Below are positions 60,181-64,000 of a stretch of 64,000 nucleotides of DNA, piece after piece (position 1 is the stretch's first letter; every line of letters begins with the position of its first letter). The DNA lies in the NCBI GenBank assembly GCA_040905565.1, contig JBBDRF010000063.1, positions 29,747 to 93,746 of the forward strand, given 5' to 3'. The position numbers were made by a program, and so were the translations under genes. The stretch is from Phycisphaeraceae bacterium. Lineage in GTDB: Bacteria > Planctomycetota > Phycisphaerae > Phycisphaerales > Zrk34. The notes under the pieces were generated by a model. The model worked only from the letters and a program-made list of their open reading frames with translations, searched no databases and had not been told where the DNA came from.

Positions 60181-60256
60181 TGCCGCTGGGCAATCGCCTT
60201 GATATCTTGCCGCACCTTTTGTAATCAGTCCTGACTCGCCGGATGGAGACCGTTGG

Positions 60257-63200
60257 ATGCAGATTGTTCGCACCGTGACAACCGTATCGGCTTTGGCCTT
60301 GCTGGTGATGGCTGGCTCGTCTGCTGCGCAGAACCCGGACGCCGGTCGCCCGCCGACTGTCGCCGAGGCCGATCCGCTGACGCCGGAAGAGCAGTTGAAG
60401 ACGTTTCATCTGCCCCCGGGCTTTGAGATTCAGCTCGTGGTTGCCGAGCCGGACATCTACAAGCCGATGAACATGAACTTTGATGCCGAAGGTCGGCTGT
60501 GGGTGACGCATTCGACGGAGTATCCGTATCCCGCGGGTGAAGCGTCCAAGGCTGACCAGTCGCCGCGCGACTTGCTGACGGTGATCAGCGGGATCGGTGC
60601 GGATGGTCGTCCTGAAACGGTACAGACCTTCGCCGAAGGCCTGAACATTCCGATCGGCGTCCTGCCGACACACCAAGGCGTTCTGACGCACAGCATCCCC
60701 AACGTCTACCGATTTGCCGACACCACCGGCGACGGCCGAGCCGATGAGCGCACGACGCTGCTCACCGGTGTCGGGTACGAAGACACGCACGGCATGACCA
60801 ACTCGTTCACGCACTGGGTGGACGGTTGGGTCTACGCGCAGCACGGGTTCCGCAATACGTCCATGATCGAAGACCGGGCTGGCAACAAGCTGCCCCTGCA
60901 ATCGGGCAACGCGTATCGTTTCCGCCCCGACGGCCACGGCCTGGAGCAATGGTCACACGGACAGGTGAACCCGTTCGGCCTGGCGTTCGACCCGCTGGGC
61001 AATCTCTACTCAGCCGACTGTCACACGCGTCCGGTCTACATGCTCTTGCGCGGGGCGTACTATCCCAGCTTCGGCCAGCCCCACGACGGCCTCGGCTTCG
61101 GGCCCGAGATGATCGACCACTATCACGGGTCCACCGGCATCGCGGGCATCATCTACTACGAAGCCACCCAGTTCCCGCCCCGATACCGCGACTGCCTCTA
61201 TGTCGGGAACGTGGTCACCCGGCGCATCCATCGCGACCGCCTTGAGCAGCACGGCTCCACCTACCTCACCGATACGCAGGAAGAGTTCCTCACAAGCGAT
61301 GATCCGTGGTTCCGACCCGTCGATGTACAACTCGGGCCTGACGGAGCGCTGTACATCCTCGATTTCTACAACGCGATCATCGGTCACTATGAAGTCCCGC
61401 TCGATCACCCCGATCGCGACCACTTCCGCGGTCGCATCTGGCGTATCGTCTACACCGGCACCGACGAGGTTGAGCCTGAACACAACGCCCACGCAGGACA
61501 GTTCGACCTTACCACGCACGACGCGGAGGAGCTGGTGGCGGATCTGGGTTCGCCGAACCTCACCGTTCGCACGTTCGCGACGCATCAACTGGTCGAACGC
61601 CTCGGCAGCGAAGCAGCGCAGCCCGTCCGCCGAATCATGACACCCCGGTCCATTCCCGCTCAGCGTGCGCACGGCTTATGGGTGCTGCATCGGCTGGGGG
61701 AACTGGACGACGCGCTCGTCAAACAGCTTGCCGATGACGAAGAACGCATCGTTCGCGTTCACCTGATGAAAGCCTTGGGTGAGCGTGAAGGCTGGTCCGA
61801 TTCGGTCGGTGAGATCGTGCGCGCTGCAACCGAAGACACGGACCCGTTCGTTCGGCGAGCCGCAGCCGATGCTTTGGGCCGCCATCCCGCCGAGGCCAAT
61901 GTGATGCCCCTGTTGAATCTGTGGGGGAACGCCCCGGCTGAGGACACACACCTGATCCACCAGACGCGTATTTCCCTGCGTGACCAGATGCTTGATCCGG
62001 CCATCGCTCGCGCGATGATGGAGCGTACGCTTTCGGCGGAGCATCAGGCCAGGCTCGCGGAGGTGGCCATTGCGGCGCCGAATCCCGTCGCCGCCTCGTT
62101 CGTGCTGCAATACGTGGAAGAAACACAAGGCATCGCAGGGGATCAGTTAGATGCGTACTTGCGTTTCGCTGCGAACAATCTGCCGCTGGACCGCATCGAT
62201 GTTCTGGGCCGTCTGATGCGTGAGCGATTCAGTGATGAACCCGCGTTTCAGCTTTCGGTGCTGCGTTCGATTCAGCAGGGCTTGGCCACGCAGGGCGTTG
62301 AGCCGACTTCCGAACTCCGGGATTGGGCCAGCGAAGTCGTCAGCGTTACCCTCGACCGTCATGCCGGGCAGGCGTGGACGAATCATGCTGCTCCGGATTT
62401 CCCCGACTCTCCGAGCCCGTGGGCGATCGAGGAGCGACCCTCGTCTGACGGTCAGACGGCGCGGCTGTTGAGCAGCTTGCCCCTCGGAGAGCAGCGCACC
62501 GGCGTCCTTCGCAGTCACACGATCCAGCTTCCGGCGGAAATCACCTTCTACATGGCAGGACACAACGGTCCGACCTCGGAAGAGGCGGTGGTTAAAAACT
62601 TCATCCGTCTTCGCCACGCGGAGACGAACGAAGTGCTCGCCGAATCTCTGCCGCCGCGCAACGATACGGCCCAGCCGTACAAATGGGACCTGCAAGCGTA
62701 CGAAGGAGAGCCCGCGTTCATCGAGATCACCGATGCCGACGATGCGTCTGGTTATGCATGGCTCGCCGTCGGACGCTTTGACCCACCGCTGGTGAAGGTT
62801 CCCGATGTTGGCCCCGGTGAGCAGATGGCGCGTCAGGAAACCGCCTTCCAGCTGGCCGCCGTCTTTGGCCTGCACGAGGTGGTCGACTTGGTCGCCGCTC
62901 ATTTGGCCGATGCTCATCTTCCGGTGGCGTCGCGCAGGGTGGCCGGTGAGACGCTCACGCGGATCGATCCTGCCGCCGCCGTAGCGCCCTTGGCGAAAGT
63001 GCTGCACGATCTACAGACGCCGAACGATCTAAGTAGCGAGGTCGCCCGGATGCTGGGCCAGATCAACAGCGATTCAGCGCGTGACGCCCTGCACAAGCGG
63101 CTGCTTACCGCCACACTGGAGCAAGGCGTGCCCATCGCAGCGGCCCTGGCTGGCACCGCCCAAGGCGCTGAGTCTTTGCTTGACGCGGTTGAAAACGGCC

Positions 63201-63787
63201 TGGCATCGCCGCATCTGCTGGCCCGCAGCCGCGTGCTGAACGTGCTGCATCAGCGAGATCTGGCGGATCTCGAGCAGCGTATTGCCGCGCTCACCGACGG
63301 TCTCCCCGCCGCCGACGAACGGCTCACACAGGTCATCGAGCATCACCTTCGCACCTTTGATCGTGAGACTGCCGATGCCGCCCACGGCCGCACGATCTTT
63401 GCCCAACAGTGCGCTGCCTGCCATCAAATCGACGGCGTCGGCGGCAACATCGGGCCCGAGCTCGAAGGCGCAGGCAACCGCGGTGTCGCGCGTTTGCTCG
63501 AAGATATCCTCGCACCAAACCGCGCCGTCGACCCAGCGTTCCGCATGAGCGTGATTGAGCTTGAGGATGGTCGGACCGTCACCGGCATGATCCGCCGCAG
63601 CGAAGGACAGGTCCTGATCGTCGCAGACGTGGCCGGCCAGGAGGAGCGTATTCCTCAAAGTTCGGTCGCCAACCGCACCGCATTGCAACTGTCCCTGATG
63701 CCCGCGATCTATGCAGACGCGCTCCCGGAGGAGGACCTCCACGCCCTGTTGGCCTATCTGCTTAAGCAGAGTGAAGACAGCGAGTGA
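60257..63787 (+). CDS. PVC-type heme-binding protein (dehydrogenase-like beta-propeller, HEAT repeats, cytochrome c)
   Basis: FHLPPGFEIQLVVAEP; FRPVDVQLGPDGALYILDFYN; HEAT repeats; CAACH...IGPEL; SLMP. Confidence 0.9.
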   Translation: MQIVRTVTTVSALALLVMAGSSAAQNPDAGRPPTVAEADPLTPEEQLKTFHLPPGFEIQLVVAEPDIYKPMNMNFDAEGRLWVTHSTEYPYPAGEASKADQSPRDLLTVISGIGADGRPETVQTFAEGLNIPIGVLPTHQGVLTHSIPNVYRFADTTGDGRADERTTLLTGVGYEDTHGMTNSFTHWVDGWVYAQHGFRNTSMIEDRAGNKLPLQSGNAYRFRPDGHGLEQWSHGQVNPFGLAFDPLGNLYSADCHTRPVYMLLRGAYYPSFGQPHDGLGFGPEMIDHYHGSTGIAGIIYYEATQFPPRYRDCLYVGNVVTRRIHRDRLEQHGSTYLTDTQEEFLTSDDPWFRPVDVQLGPDGALYILDFYNAIIGHYEVPLDHPDRDHFRGRIWRIVYTGTDEVEPEHNAHAGQFDLTTHDAEELVADLGSPNLTVRTFATHQLVERLGSEAAQPVRRIMTPRSIPAQRAHGLWVLHRLGELDDALVKQLADDEERIVRVHLMKALGEREGWSDSVGEIVRAATEDTDPFVRRAAADALGRHPAEANVMPLLNLWGNAPAEDTHLIHQTRISLRDQMLDPAIARAMMERTLSAEHQARLAEVAIAAPNPVAASFVLQYVEETQGIAGDQLDAYLRFAANNLPLDRIDVLGRLMRERFSDEPAFQLSVLRSIQQGLATQGVEPTSELRDWASEVVSVTLDRHAGQAWTNHAAPDFPDSPSPWAIEERPSSDGQTARLLSSLPLGEQRTGVLRSHTIQLPAEITFYMAGHNGPTSEEAVVKNFIRLRHAETNEVLAESLPPRNDTAQPYKWDLQAYEGEPAFIEITDADDASGYAWLAVGRFDPPLVKVPDVGPGEQMARQETAFQLAAVFGLHEVVDLVAAHLADAHLPVASRRVAGETLTRIDPAAAVAPLAKVLHDLQTPNDLSSEVARMLGQINSDSARDALHKRLLTATLEQGVPIAAALAGTAQGAESLLDAVENGLASPHLLARSRVLNVLHQRDLADLEQRIAALTDGLPAADERLTQVIEHHLRTFDRETADAAHGRTIFAQQCAACHQIDGVGGNIGPELEGAGNRGVARLLEDILAPNRAVDPAFRMSVIELEDGRTVTGMIRRSEGQVLIVADVAGQEERIPQSSVANRTALQLSLMPAIYADALPEEDLHALLAYLLKQSEDSE

Positions 63788-63948
63788 GAGGGCGCGGAAA
63801 AATGTAACGGCCTGATAAGCGCACGCCATGACGACCGCGGCATGGGCGGCCATCGGGTAGTGGTAGGGGGCAATCTGATGAGATCAACCCGCCCCGCATT
63901 CGGGAGACGGGTACCTAACTGACGCGTCAGGCGTTGGTTGGTTTTCAA

Positions 63949-64000
<52 letters not shown>

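Overview
GC-rich bacterial chromosomal window. Gene content suggests Planctomycetota, probably Phycisphaerae (inference from the DUF1501 plus DUF1549/DUF1553 planctomycete cytochrome pair, a PVC-type CxxCH protein, DUF1080 and PEP-CTERM). It holds the 3' end of lnt read in frame into a HEAT-repeat protein, an mreBCD locus, a reduced dcw cluster (rsmH-LysM-ftsL-like-ftsI), a beta-oxidation operon, an NfeD pair, a DAHP synthase, tRNA-Leu(TAG), cls, a Cu P1B-ATPase, a PIG-L/NagB-like pair, rnd, putA, two DUF4139-like genes, Mn-catalase, murC and a partial tRNA-Arg(CCT). No transposase, integrase, prophage or CRISPR array is evident. The best finding is absent from the ORF track: a 19-codon leader peptide (MNRHFTWRWFAYFTGFRAA; 4 Phe, 2 Trp, 1 Tyr) upstream of the DAHP synthase. 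It has a promoter-like motif 7 nt before its ATG, a terminator and a competing antiterminator, so it looks like a ribosome-mediated attenuator sensing all three aromatic amino acids. Other leads are an FtsN-like TM-linker-2xLysM gene inside the dcw cluster, repeated leaderless-type promoter architecture and several REP-like palindromes. All family assignments come from motif recognition by eye, not database searches.
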